A DNA stretch of 64,000 nt from Raillietiella orientalis. Lineage: Eukaryota. The notes beneath the pieces are model-generated. The model was not told where the DNA came from. It searched no databases and saw only the letters and a list, made by a program, of their open reading frames with translations. Position 1 is the stretch's first letter. Each line of letters starts with the position of its first letter. This document shows, piece by piece, positions 12,701 to 26,821 of the stretch. A program made the position numbers and the translations under genes. The stretch is taken from the NCBI GenBank assembly GCA_036172245.1, contig JAYWIR010000085.1, positions 1-64,000 on the forward strand, written 5' to 3'.

Positions 12701-13099
12701 TGAGGGAATTTTTTCAAACTAAGAGAACACAACTATTACGTTAGCTTGAGATAAAGTTTGGACAAGGAAAAGAATTCTAAAAATTCTAAACGGTTCTTAA
12801 TCAGATATAAACTGATGACTTATGATAACTTTACTTTCATACTATGTGCTTTCTACATTCTGATGGGCTAAATTCAGCTATGAACTAAGATGATCTAGGG
12901 CTGCATAGAAAACAAAAATTCAAAAAAACAAAAATAACAAATTACAATATACACGGCACTTCTAAAGGAAAAAAAAATTTTTTTTGCAATCATTTTCCAT
13001 TGACGACAAGTGGGTTATCACCTGAAAGGATACGTGGTCATACGTGGTCGTTTTTCATCTTTCAGTTAGTATGGTGGAGGTTCGAGAAAAAACTGAGCC

Positions 13100-14470
13100 G
13101 TATCACTCATCCGTCAAACATTTACGATATGTGGTTGGTTCGAAATCTTTGTACAAGTACAACTGCCGCTATGTGTGGGTTCAAAATGAATTTCGAAAAA
13201 TGTTCGCGTCTAATCAAGGAGTGCAGCAATTGCATGCACTTTTCGTCGTCCTCATGCAACAGTGTCCTTTTAATGATCACTTCAAGAATCAAATTTCTGT
13301 AAACATTTATGTTGAACTATGCAGTTGAACGGGAATGTCAACATTTTGTTTGTTCAAGGCAGGACTTAAATGGAAATGAAGGCAAATCATTACATCAGTC
13401 AGCTTATTTCGATCGTAACTAATAAATACAGAAAAGTACAAACTAACCGTTATTCTTCTCAAGTGACTTATTCAGAACTAATTTTCGTCAGCAACAAGTT
13501 TGGACTTGTAGTGATTTGATTTATTTACGTTCACAACTTCGTTTGTTTCTGTTCTGAAGCAGTGAGAGGTGTGCAAAGTGTTGCTTTCAAGGTGTTTATT
13601 TCTTTTCAACTCAAGTGCAGTAGAAATTCAACCCAGCTACTTGCATGGTCACCTTTTCCTGTGTCATGGAAACAAAAATGGTAGAGCTTTCCTCCTTTTT
13701 GCTTTGTTTGCAATAACTAAAATCGATGTACTCATCATTAGCTGATTTCTGATCTTGTCTGCTAGTCCCATTTTTAGCTCCTTAGGAAAAGAAAAAAGTA
13801 CAGTGGAAGTACTGGAAATTCTAGACCCTCCTTCAACCTTGAAAGCTTCATGAAATGGTGGAACATGGTAATTCAGGACTAATTCTGATGAGATTTGAAT
13901 TTTAAGATCTGTGACGCCTCTTTGCATAAGCGAGCTTGCTGGCAGAGCCGAACCAACTACAAAGACCAACATTTACTTCCACGACTTGGAGCCATCTAAT
14001 CCAGGGAACTGAGATAATTGATTTAAAGACACTTTTTACATACCATTTTCATGAAATAACATCAGTCTATCTAGGATTTTTGAAAATTCTCAGACTTTAC
14101 TGCTTCCGTGTTTGTTGTAGCTATAGGCTACATTCACTGCATTCTTTTCCAAAAGTAACTGTGAAAGAGTAACTATAAAAATTGGTTTTTGTTCCCAGCT
14201 ATAAACTGCAATATAAGAAATTTTTTTGTTAGCTTGAATTAATCTACTGACTTGTGTGATTTTATGAAATTCTCATAAGAATTCTTCCAAATAAAGAAAT
14301 TTCCCAAGTTGAAAAAATCGTGATTTCAAATAGTAAGCTATCTACTGCAGTACTCGAGAAAATTCCTTTGAAAACAAAACAAGTTTTACAGATTATTATG
14401 TTTTTTGTATCCAGTGCAATGTTAAAGGTGCTAAGTTTTATTTTCAGCATTTTTTGTTTCAACAACGAAG
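13100..14470 (-). other. Possible exons of an unidentified gene divergent from TIMMDC1
   Basis: Acceptor tttacag before NLILEVIIKRTLLHEDDEKCMQLLHSLIRREHF (~13297 downward) and a donor-like aag/gtgacc near 13650; frames do not join cleanly. Confidence 0.25.
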
Positions 14471-15367
14471 TATATGAACCAGCTTTCTTGGATAGCTAGG
14501 TTTGCAAAAGGTTGGGTTGTCAATTTAGAATCTTTGTGTCATTTAAATTTCTTTACAAGAATAGACAATCGATCTTCATTTATAAGTTGATTTTCTTTTG
14601 TAACTCAAAAAATAAGTTTTTTTGTATAAGTTCTAAATGAGACACATAGGTCAAAATTAGCGAAAACATTTGTGTTTTGATCGTTTCCGATCCGAAAATT
14701 CAAACTAATCGTCAGAACGAAAACAGCACAACTTGTTTCAACTTGTAAACAAGGTCTTAAAATAAGCCATCAGTAATGAGTGCATCAATCCATCGATTTT
14801 AGTCCTTTTATTTAATTTTTATAGGTAATGCTGCTCACTACCAGTCTTTTGTATATATCACCATAAAAATTATTTGTATCTTGATAGAATACGTTAGCAG
14901 TACTTATGCGTAATCAAACAAATCATCATAATGATTTGTTTTTTCTAGTTCCTTTATTTATGAACACGTTTGTTTATAGGGTCATTGCATTGAAAACCTT
15001 GGATTCATTCGAAACTACTCAAAATTCAAAGGTTTTAATAGAATACGTAATAATTGGAGGATTCTATAATATGTGATTATTGTTCCTTATTCTAAATCTA
15101 TATCCAATCTCTTAATGATTAATTGTTTATTTATTAATTTTTCGATAGATAATTTTAGTCATGCTGAATTTTTAACATATTTCAAATTGAAGATGGCAAT
15201 TCCTCTAGGAAGGCCTTGGTATAGCTCCGGAACGTGGAAAGGACGAGGATGTGCAAGGGGTTGCTTATTTGTTGGCAAAATTAGTTGGAAAAACCAAAAA
15301 TTTTGAAGACTCTTCGTTAAATATGTTTCCAAAATCATAACTTAAATGCTCGTTTTTATTTTTGAAA

Positions 15368-16481
15368 ATGCATTTACGTTTTATTGAGTGTCGTACACTT
15401 CGGCATTCTTGTAGGAGATATTTCCACAAGCAATTTCAATGGAAACCGTTGAAATCACGTAGAGATTATTTGTTCTGCCTGGGTTTCCTTGGGAAACTCG
15501 CCGGTCCCGGTAAAGAAGACGGAGAATTAATGGAGTATAGGAGACGTTATCAAATGGAAGTAGCTGAACTTAGTGGCTATGAAAGGATTATCAGAATGTT
15601 AAAGCCAAGAGAAGATGAAGCATTTACTCCAGAAATAGGGCTGATCAAAGAAATATGCGCTTTTTCTTTTGTACTTGGAGGCATATTTGGTGGCTTATCC
15701 AATGCAGAAGTAGCTCGTGATAATTTCTTAAGAAATAATAAGGCTACAACATTTTTATCACGAGCAGAGGCACACCGACATCTTGCAGATAAAGTCATAA
15801 TGGCTTTTTTTAAAGGAGCATTCATTCATGGATTCAAGGTTTCCGTTTTTACAACAGTATTTTCAGGATACATAATTATTACAACAGCATATAAAAACCA
15901 TTTATCAGTTCTTGATTACCTGTTAGGTGGAGGCATTGCAGGTGGTCTCTATTTATATAAAAGAGGAACCAGAGCAATTTTAGCAGGAGCCCTAATAGGT
16001 TTGATGCCCTTTTATCAATGAAGTATGCTATCAATTTAGTCACTGGTCTTGCTAAAGCAATAGCAGTAAGATCTTATGTAAAAAGAAATAGTAACAAGTA
16101 GTCCTATGATTTAATTGCATCAATATAATTAAGAAAGTTTTATTGTAAAAGTCGTTATGCATGTTACTTGTTGCTTGTCTGTTTTTTGTTGAAAATTCTT
16201 GAAAGAATGTTTTGTTTGTTTAGGATCTATGCTTGCTGGACTAGCTGGTGCAGTTACAAAAAGTGTACTGTGGCTTGCCAATGTCGATGAGTTTGATATA
16301 TATTGCAACTCAGTGTTACAGAACCGTAGCATGTAAGCACTTATCACATTAGTATATAACTTTTGTATGCTTCAGAGATAGCTTAAGATCACAGCAGGAC
16401 ATTTCTGAACAGAAAAGCAGGAGTGAAGTTTTAGCAGAAACTGAACAAGCATTGAAATCAGAAATTGCCTCTCGCAGTTAA
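15368..16481 (+). CDS. TIMMDC1: Mitochondrial complex I assembly factor TIMMDC1 / RPII140-upstream (140up) protein, Tim17/22/23 family; exons 15368-15998, 16224-16332, 16376-16481 (281 aa)
   Basis: SGYERIIRM...GGIFGG...FLRNNKATTFLSRAEAHRHLADKVIMAFFKGAFIHGFKV and glycine-rich TM helices. Both introns are GT-AG and the spliced frame is open to TAA. Confidence 0.88.
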
Positions 16482-19400
16482 TCCTTGTTCACAAGATCTT
16501 AGTTGTTTATTCCATGGATACGGTTTTTAATCAGTGTTAAATCCTTATTATCAGAGAAATGAATTAAGAAAATGGAGTTTCATTCTCCTAATCATAATTG
16601 AACATCTGAGGAAATAATATGACTTTCAGGAAGTATTTTGAGATTGAAGCATGCTTAATATTAGCTTTATTCATAGTGTTAGTACTTCCCAAACTGAGGA
16701 CAAATATCTTATAAGATTCTGCTGTAAAGCATCACAAGCTAGTAATGTTGATATAACTACTTTTGAGCGAAATTTGTTTTTGCGTTTCTAATTTCTGTTT
16801 GATGTAATGACATGATTTCTGATGTGGTTCCATCAATACTATGTTTCTTGGTCTTTTTTTTATGTGTGACAACCAAATCAACCAAACCTCATTACTTCTA
16901 GACACTATTCTTCAGTTAAAAATTTCCATTCCAATGTTTCTGCAAAATCATCAGTGTGTGAATTCACAAAGTGATTATTTCGTGCATGAGTCTTGATTTG
17001 AAGCTTTGTAAATAGGTATTTATGAATTCCATGTAATTAACATGTATAGCCAGAGTACAGTATAGATGTGTACAGTTCACTTAAGTTGAAGTGCAAGAAC
17101 CATAAGTGCAGATCCTGTGGCTAAGCAGAACATTTTTGATAACCCTGCACTTGAATAAAATCCTATCCTTGAGTAAATTTTCCTCAGGCTATTTGAATTA
17201 AACAGTGTAAACTTTGAACTGTATGGATTCAAGATTAACTGCCCTATCCAGAAGTCTTGTTAAAAAATGTTAGTGCATAGCAAAGTAGTTTTGCACCTTT
17301 GCAAGAGTTTTGCTTAAAACTGAGTGCCCTATTAACCTAAAGTGAATGATGTTCTCATACCCAAATTCATTGCTACGTGAATGTTAATATTCATTGCTGG
17401 TTTAGAATTTAAGGCAGTATTTCCCATTCAGTTTTCAGATTTGTTGCATATCAATCCCAAGTTCACTTTGCTGCATTGAATGTTATTAGCAGAAATCAAC
17501 ACACGAAGAATGTGAAATTCGATGTTTTTAGCAAGACAGTATTGAAGAATGGATACAAAAATAGCTTGGACTAGACAAAACACTATACTCGTTAAAATTG
17601 CGTGATGCAGAACAAAAAGTTGCAAATTTAATGTGATCCTTTGTAAAATGTAATGTTCTCCTGAAGAGGAATTTGTCATACTTATTAACTGCCAGGTGCG
17701 TTTTGAAGGACAAAAAAATGCAAAATGCATGTGTTTTATGTGTGAAAGTTACCAGTCAGAAATCAGTTGATGGAAGGTGTTACTGGTGATGAAGTTTCCT
17801 GATGGAATGTGCATATGTAACTGGTACTGGAATATATTTGCACCGATAAGCCCAGAAGGTACGAATTGGTTAAAACATGGAGATCTCAGTGGTGTGCACA
17901 CAATTGTGAATTCTTTCCCCTGGGTTGATCCAAATGGATCGTTACATTCGTAAAGTTTATGTAGGTTCAGCAAGTGAAAAGTTGCAGTTGCCAACCTAGG
18001 AACACACCTAAAAATCAGGCGAAAGACAGTACAAATGATAAATGTAAATGAATGAAAAATGCTAGAAATAATTATGAAAATGCCTAATTTGCTGCCGAAA
18101 TTCTTCACTGGGTGAATTCATGCAGCATAAACACAAGGAATTTCTGCCAAATGGTTGGGCAGTTAAACTAGAGGAATTACGTATCTTGAATGGAGAGACA
18201 TCAATGCATGATCAGAGGAATGGATAGGTGCAGCACGAATTCATGCGGCATCACCAAAGTTAGCAGTATGACGAGACGAATTCGTGCCAAGTGGCAAAAG
18301 GAATGTAAACATCTGAATCTAAGCAGCAGGATGGAGGCATCTCTGTAGCTCGATGTGGGCTTTTTGCACTGCGTTGCCTATCGTCACGAGTGGCGACGTG
18401 TGCTGCCCGCCCAGACAACCAACTCCCATACGTTTGAAAAGGTGACCGCACAGGGCAGAAGTTGGAAAGCAGGACTCCTTTCGCATTGAATTAAGTTGAA
18501 GGAAAAATTCAGTTCGACTTCATTTTGGTTGCTGATTCCCATATTCTTGATCGATTACCTTTGTCCAACTTCCCCGATCCGAACTGTATTGCGGTGGTAA
18601 TCTTCTACCTGGAAGCTACATGACGGAAACATCCTTGATTTTTCGCGTGCTTTTGTATAATACAAATGTTCAGCACACTTGGAGCCAAAAGTCTCTGTGT
18701 GCAGAATCGTAACCTCTTTACCAATCGTAATTCGTTGTGGTTCCCGAAGTGGTCAGGATGACGGTCACCTTCGCGAGAACAACTCTTTTCTTTCGTTCGC
18801 TTTCCCTTTCTGTGTGTGCGGTAGTAGTGCTGGCCATTGCGAGCTCTTCGAAACCGCTCATGTAAAGGGATTTCGAGGACCCTCACGTTCCCTTATGTTG
18901 TTTTTTTTAAACAACCTTCGCCCCCTCTTCTCAGCTTCTGCCTCTTCCAGCTGTCGTTTCGCCAATGCATAGCTTGCCTGTTTCGTTGTGAACGCAAGAA
19001 ATGTTACGTTCACAACGCGCTTCGTACTGGTAGCTGTGAACGTGTAGCCGAGTGTGAGAGAGGCTGCGATTGCTACTGTGAGTCACCATGAAAGCACACT
19101 AGTAGGGAACGTCACATAGAATGCAACAGGCGGTTCCAAACTGGCTGAAAGCATCACTGTGGTGCATGGAATTGCGGATCCCTCTCGTTGGGTACTGTTC
19201 AAGAATCATCGAAAGGGAGGTTCATTTGGTCACGAGGAAGGAAACAAGTGAATTCGTTCGGAATCTCCATCTCAATCTGAGCGTCAATCTCCACGTCCAT
19301 GTAATATCGCTCTATGAACACAGCTCTATGAACGGGCGAAATTACCTATTCGGGAGAGTACTGGTGCTCGGTGTTCGCCAGAGTGACCAGACTCATCCAG

Positions 19401-20715
19401 TCAGAGGGGATGCAGCATTTCGGAAATTTTCACAAGAAATTATCATCAGCATCTTTTCCTGAAATTTTTCGTCCTTAACAAGCTTGGCAAAAGAATTACA
19501 ATCACGCGAAATGTATCCAGCAATCACAGCAAAAGAAACTCAGTTTTAAGATTACATTACTCCGAACGCTTCACGTTTTTAACAAATAATTTAAGGACTA
19601 GTAAATCGTATAGTGGACGTAAATAGCTAACGGATAAAGAGCACGTTATCGTTTTCAGTAAGATTTTCAATGAGTTGACACTGCTTCATATTTTATATCA
19701 GTTTAATGTAAGAGCACAGAATCTAGTTTCAGAGTGAATGAGAATGCTTACAAATACAAAGATCTTCCCTTTATATTTCTATGATTTCTCGAAATTCAAT
19801 CCAAACGTTACACAATAGGTAACTGCGAATCCGAGCTGAGGTAATTTATGGCTTAAAAGTATTAAATTTTTCGACCTGATATTTCCAGAAGGAAACTCAG
19901 CAATTTCTTGGATTTTTGATTATTTAGGAAATTAAATCTTGAATGCTATGGATACTAATGATGATGCTGACTCATTTTTAAACCTTTCTTGCTTTAAAGT
20001 GAACGAAAAATGGAATGGAAAAAAATTGGAAAAAATCTTGGAAAATTCCTGCTTTTTATGGACATACATGTAATTTTAAATGAAGTTTCTCGAAGAATTA
20101 AAAGATGTATCGAAAGCATTGAAGGGAAGAAAAACTTTTCACAAAGTTCATTTACTATTATCTCACGTAATAAACTGTCTGAACAACCAGGGAGTTTCAT
20201 ATTTTCATATGTTCATCGTTGAATGAGAGCATCTGCCCCTGACTTAAATATAATGCAATTACCCATTAATTACAACAAACGATACAACAGTTATGATACC
20301 ATGTTTTCAAGAAATGGAACAAAAAGCAGTATGCAAACACAGAACATCCATGCATGCATATAAGAATTGGAGATGCAACAGACAGACATAAAGTAAGTGT
20401 CCTACTTGAGATCTGTCAAGTATTCATTTAATTGTTAAGGAACTAATTAATAGCAGTTTGAGACCTTCTGATTTGGCAAGACTGCAATGGCTTCCTGTGA
20501 GGAAGACATTGCAGTCTCGACAAAGGACAAGATGAATAGTTCAATTTGTTTGGACGAATAATTGTAGGCTTGATCCTTGTGACCGTAATGATGCGCTAGC
20601 TAGCAATTTTAAATGGGAAGAAAGGACTGCACTAAAAAAATTGTCCGTAAGAGACAAGACTCAGTAGAAGATGCGATGACAGAATTACGGACTTTATATC
20701 TGTATATTGATGCAG

Positions 20716-21430
20716 ATCGAGTGCTGCATCTTCTCGGACGAGAACGTCGCGAGCATCCTGCAGAACCTTGACAGGGCGCGCAATGGACCCTCGTGACTAC
20801 AGGGTCGTCTCCAAAGCGCTCAATGACAGCGGCACGTCCCACCTCTCAGTCGTCGCGCCTAGCGGAGACGCGCTCTCCATGACGAGCACGATCAACCTCT
20901 AGTGAGACGGAGGGTGTCTCCGCCGCGCATCTCCAGCCACTCTTCAACCTCCAGCTTCGGCGTGGGAGATTGGTTGCAGTCCACGGGGATCGTGCTGAAC
21001 GACGAGATGGGCGACTTCTCCATCGAGGCAGCGCCAACTATGACCTGTCTGCCTCCCAGGCAAACTACATCCGTCCAGGGAGCATGTCCCTGTCGTCCAC
21101 CACTACCGGTGTCTGCGTGGATGGATCCGAGAACACCCGCTTGATGGCTGGAGTGGCCGACGGCGTACGCATAATCTCGTCGGTCGTCTGGGTGAGAGAC
21201 CTGCCTCCTCCTCCTCCTGTCGATTCTTCGGAAGCCTCTCCTGGTGTCCTACTCCGGTCTAGATGTGCGCGAGGCCACCGACTATTCCCTATGGCGAGGG
21301 CTTTGATCCCGTAAGGAAGTTCCATGAGTTGTTCGGGAGGGGCAGCAGTGCCGGGAGAAAGGGGAGAGGGGAGGTCGTGTCGTTGCAGGACATGGTGGAT
21401 GCGGTCCCTGCGCCGGAAGGGGGGAGTCGC
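20716..21430 (+). pseudogene. GGT: Gamma-glutamyltranspeptidase (glutathione hydrolase) 3' fragment, essentially the light-chain region, with introns
   Basis: [28 protein letters not shown] (intron 20902-20954), TGIVLNDEMGDFS, ANYIRPG..LSS, MAGVADGVRII, YGEGFDP, DMVD.SLRRKG. Frameshifts near 20782, 21030 and 21405 plus an apparent internal deletion. Confidence 0.85.
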
Positions 21431-22139
21431 TTTCTCGCCTCTCCTGATGCCACAGAAAGCCTGCGAATGCTCCAGGTGCCTCCGTGGTTGTAGCAGCTGG
21501 AGCTGCCATCACGCGGAGCGCACCCTCCGTTTCCGCTGCGCAGCTTCGCTTTGCGGAGCGCGCAGAGAGATGGCGTCGACACCGGCAGCCCGGAAGCGGT
21601 CCAGATACCTTGCCACCAAAGGGACAGACCCTCGCGGGGAAGGGCGAGACGGAAACCCCCGCGCACGTGCTCCTCTGGCAAAAGAAGAGAGAGGGGGAAT
21701 CGCAGTGACTTGAGCGGCTCCTGTCGATCAGTTCCGGTCGGCGCACGGGACAGGAGTGGCCGTCCCATCGCTGCTACCTTCCTAGCTCCGCTTCCCCCGC
21801 TCTTCCCGCGCCACCCTCCACTACCCCGCTCCCACCATAAGATCCGACGTGCATCATCGGGAGGTGCGGCGTGGAGCCGCTCCTCCTCCTTGGACGGCCC
21901 ACCATCACTCCGCCCTTGCTATGCCTCTTGCCTTCGACCCAGGGACAGCGCCTGAGGAGCACTCCTCAGCAGCAGCATCTCTGTCCAAATTCCCTAGACC
22001 TGGTCCTTTGCTCTTCAAGGCTGAGCGGCTCTCTGACACCCCGTCCCTTCTCTGTGCATCACAGCGCCAGCAGCCGACCAGGGGTGATTTCCTTGCCTCC
22101 ACGCTTCTGCTCTCGTAACCAGATCGGATAACCAGAAAG

Positions 22140-22870
22140 TCAGAATAGTGGAAAGTGTAGCATGAGGTCAGTCCTCGAATTTCTTTAAGAGGTTTCCAAA
22201 GGGTGCGCAGACCCAGCTCATGGGGAGATCACTGATCCCTCAACAGCTGGTTGCCAACAAGAGGACGCCATACAGAGAGTCTTGCCGCTGCAGTTAACAT
22301 GCTGCACCTTCTGGAGGAAATAGCCTGCGTCTGCCAACGTCCGTGCCCAGCTTCCCTCTCGTCCGAGTATTTCCAGCGTATCACCACACCCAACGCGAGA
22401 CCCTTTTATGGAAGTCCGAGCCAGGTGTGAGAGCGAGTCTTCAACACTTTCCGAGGGGACGGAGACTTTCTTGGGAGGTTAGGAGCTTCTCCCGGTGGCG
22501 GTAAAACAGGTGGTCTGACACCTGTCTGCGCAGCATAGAAAAGCACATCCATACACTCCTGTCAATTCAGAGTAGTGCTGAAACGAAAACAGGTTTGACT
22601 ACGACAGGCAGCTTTCTCGTTAACGCCTTGTGACTCAAGATAATTGTCTTCCAGGCAGCGAAATGCAGGAAGACTTGGACCCACGCAAGTGAAGCCACAC
22701 GCAAGGAAAAGCAAGCGCTAGCGGCCGCGACATTTTTGTGCGTCGCTGTTGGACACAGGACAGATTGAATCTTTTTCCTGGCATGGTGCATGCAAATCCT
22801 AGATGCCTGCGGCATGTTTACAGTTGAGAGACCAGTTGCCTGATTCTGCAAGGCCATGTTTTGGAGACGT
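22140..22870 (-). mobile_element. L1/Tx1 ORF2 C-terminal relic
   Basis: WKTIILSHKALTRKLPV, then DHLF, then MLTAAARLSVWR, resembling the zf-RVT/C-terminal region; broken frames. Confidence 0.5.
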
Positions 22871-24439
22871 TGCGGTGGCGATCACTGGTGATGGTTTGTG
22901 ATCGCGAGCAGCAAATTGCCATACATCAACATCATATAAATCGTTTAAATCTGCGTAATCTCAAAACAAGGCGGATGGGAAAGGAGATATTTTGAAAGCA
23001 TCCCGAAGTGAAGCACAGACTTCCTATCACAAGACTTCTCATAACCGGTTACCCGCCCCTTTTTCTCGAAACGCTCCCGTAGTTCATTCCCTTGCTCGGC
23101 ATCTTTGCTCAGATGCCGCGATCTGCTATGATACCACTTGCATGCAACATCTCCTAGTTCGACGTCAGGTAACTTTCAAACCTGTCGGCAAACGTCGAGC
23201 CCTAACTGACGTTATCCTAACGTAACGAAGCGTGGAAAACTTTACCCTGAGTCACCAAAGACGGCAGCAGAAACTCCGCCCTTGCTTCCTGAAACCAGCA
23301 GATAACGGGGCATCCATTTGTTTCGGATTTTCTAGGTAATCCCATTTCCGTTGATTTCCAGTAGCACGCTGGCAGTTTCACCACATCCTGCTCGTTGCAG
23401 TAATACTGGATGGAGGGATAGTTCTTCATGTTTTCGTATCTCATTCATCCGTTGTGTTGCACTTCCCATGCGAGCACTTTTGCTGCTCTTCTGAAAAAAT
23501 CGAGAGGTCTCTTTGCTCATCTTCGTTTCGGCTTCCAAAAACTTTTACTCAATCAAGCCAAATAGAAGGGGGAAAAGGAATGATGCGCTCAAGCGGGAAA
23601 GAGAAAGAACAGTGGGCCACAGATTCCACACGCATCTTGCTTAACCACCAAAAAGCCTGCGGGGCATCTTCGCTGTTTCCCGATCGCAAGTCAGCATCTT
23701 TTTGCTTCGTGAGACCTGTTCATACACCTTTCCAAACTGTCGCAACTTCGGTTAAGAGGGAGTTTTCACCTCATGACGTTTCAGGAATTACAAGCCTAAG
23801 GTCGCCTTCACCAATTTGGTAGCACTTAACTCAGTTCAATAATTCACTCGCAAGCTGAACGGCTGCTTTCGAATACCCATACTTTCTTAGGGTGTTTGTG
23901 CTGAACGCTTCGCTTTCGACCTCCATCTAAGGCTTCCTTCTCCATTAGAATCTTCCAAATGAATTAGGTGTTTGTAAAGAGGGCACGTTCTGTGCACCAT
24001 TACATTCTATGTACACATGGCCGAGTGAGGATTAACAAGTTTTTATTGATGTTCGGGATCACATGAATTAGGAAAATTTTCTTTCCAAGCAAAATACAAA
24101 ATCAATGATGCTCGCAAGGATTTGTTTAATTATACTAAACATAGAATTCTACCTTACAGATTTCAAAGACGTGCACTTGAAATGTATACCATGAGAAATT
24201 CAAGAGTACTATAACGTTACTGAACTGAATCGGATCAGTGATAAACAGTAAGAACAAAGTAACAATCAGGGTGCATGTTTCTCCCTTAAGCCATCTAGAT
24301 GTACTAGATGAGTAACAGATACTCAGGAGATGCATTGAGCAGAAAGTACTCTTCTAAAGCAACAACCAGTTCACTGAAATGAAGAGGTTTCCAATTTAAA
24401 CTTGTAGATGGCATTGACCTCAATGACAGAGAGTTCATG

Positions 24440-25420
24440 AGTCCCCTAGAAGCATATATAAATGATTTGACAGTCATGTCTTACCGCATTCTGGCTGATG
24501 CTCTCCTGCATTCCTCCTCGCCGAGAAAGCAGCCGCTGAGATGGACTGACATCGGTCATCGTCGGCATTCATCGATATCTGGCCCACTGCGGGTACCGAC
24601 TCCGGCAGATGACTGCCTCCGTGGAGGAGAACGACTACATCTCCTGCCTTCCATCGAAAAACACTTTCAGGCTTTAGGAGGGAGTCCACACTTGGGGGAA
24701 GATCCACGACGACATGAGTGCCGAACTCTTCTCCTGTCTGCGAAGTGGAGGAAGTGGGCGTCTGTCGTTGCGAAGGACCAGCAGTGGATCTCAGACTCAC
24801 TGGGATTTATTGACTCCATCCTTGCCGAAGCACTGTCCTCTTTGAAGGAGGTGGTAGCGGCCCACCGGTTAGGAGAGACAGGAACCTGCTGCATTGCAGG
24901 AAAAAGAAAACCTATTGGTGGCTGATCTATCAGTCAACTGATGGATGTTGAGATCCCAAGTGACTCACCCAGAAAACTGGTTTGCTGAGCACAGCTGCTG
25001 GACATCGTCTCAGGATATCTTCTGCTTCCATCAATAATAACGGACAGTTTCACCACTCCCTCCCCCACCTAGAGTGGCAGGAGGCGGAGTTGCCTATCTT
25101 GCATTGGAATATCCCATGCACAGCACGCCTGCACCATTGGACCCGGGGAAGTGATGAATGTGAACTGCGACAAATGTAGTGAAAGGGAAACCCTCTCACA
25201 CCTGTTTTTGGACTATATTGCCTTGGAATCCACGTTCTGAGCTTTCGTGAGTTCTACCTTCGGAGCGTTTATTGACGACACTACGAACTCTGGAGGGCAG
25301 CTCCGAAGACACCATGCATGACATCTTTGTTGGTGCTGCGTTGCCTCCAGCCGCATCCTTAACAGCTGTTTGCTGTCTTCGCAGGAGAGGAGCTTCTTGG
25401 TACTCCGCAAGAAAAGGCCA
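24440..25420 (+). mobile_element. Relic of an RLE-type non-LTR retrotransposon (HERO/NeSL-like)
   Basis: AYINDLTV (RT YxDD motif), LPSIEKHFQALG, FYLRSVY and a decayed zinc finger (..ILNSC..QE), in the expected order. Confidence 0.5.
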
Positions 25421-26821
25421 GAATGGGACTCTGTTCACTGAGCGAGAATCTTTATGAAGACAGCCTCGGGAAGGGTCCCGTGTGGACAGTCTTGCCAGCA
25501 TCCTGCAGAGTATGGAAAGGACGTTGCAGAACGCTTCCCGAACCCTTCCCTCAAGACAGTTTATTTTTTTGCTTGCTTGTTTTATTTCTGTGTGTTTCCT
25601 CTTCCTGTGTCTCCAAGACGAGCCTTGATCAGGCAGGTACCTTGAACAGTTGGACGTAGCAGGTGCTACTGCCGTACCACGGATTTTCTTGTTATCCATG
25701 AACGCTCCGGAGAACTCGAGCGGAGAACCCAACTCTGGATGCATGGTTCCGGGATCCGAGTCATCCTCTCGCGATGGATTTGCAGAAGGAGAGGCATTTT
25801 CATCGGTGGAAGGAGACCTGGATGTGCAGCATGGACTAACATCCCCAAATTCGGCTATTTGTAGGAGAATGAGATGCTGGAACCACATGGCTCTCTAAAG
25901 ATGCTGATCAGCTGCAAAAAAAGGTACACTCCTTTGAAACCGGGGAGTTTCTTACCCAGGTATGGACCGGCTCGGTTTGAATTTTTCTGGACTCAAGACT
26001 GGGATCTCAATATGCTTGGCTTCAAACTTATTTCGTTTAAGTCACGTTTAGCTTCGGAGAGTGAGAGGATGAAACAGATGAGGTTCCTGCAAAGTAAAAA
26101 AACTGGGAACATGTACACTTGGATCTCTCTATCGGATTCCACTAAACGACTGGAACCCGACTTCTAATTTTGCCATTCCGGAAGAATACCATTGTAATGG
26201 ATAACGCATCTACATACCTAGAAGATAGTTGGCCGTTGCCAGAGGTGTCAGTAGATGCTTGAGTTTCACTGCTTGACGGAAGCTGCTTCGTAGAGACACT
26301 TTCTTCTTGTCTTGCTGGTCTCCGGGTGGCCATTCTGAGAATTCCAAGGACTCTCATGGTGTACACCATTCTCTAAAGACTCTTAAAGGAGCTGGTCTTC
26401 CAAGAGTATTTTTGTTTGCTTGTGTGAATAGATGCTCTCACCCTTGACAGGGTAGGATGCCTACATCACTCTTGAAGGCTATCCCTATTTCAGTATCAAG
26501 GTGGGTGCATACCATGCAACCGACCCCATCAATTTCCTCTCGGTGCATCCGGACTGCACTCTCCCATTGCTCACATTGCGAACTATTAGACAAGTTTCAG
26601 TGAGACGTGCTCCTTGGAATTTCCTCCAAAAGAAGGAGGCTGGCTCGATGTCTCTTTGGCTCCGTGAGAGAGAATGATGGGGAGCGTTCTCCCCGTGGAA
26701 ATCCGAAGGATAAAGGCACGCCATGGTCTGCTAGCATCGCCTGCATCAGCTCTGATATGATGAAATGAGGTTTCCAGGATGCCGGCTAGTTTGGCGTTTG
26801 CACTAAGAAGTCGTGTAACCG

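Noticed and set aside
12791..12820. U2 snRNA-like stretch (gttcttaatcag...ctgat) or box C/D snoRNA
   Set aside because: Only about 25 nt of loose similarity; no U2 5' end or branch-point recognition sequence, and no convincing C/D box pair.
17400..19500. Additional host gene
   Set aside because: Some coding-like peptides on the minus strand, but no consistent exon chain or recognisable family.
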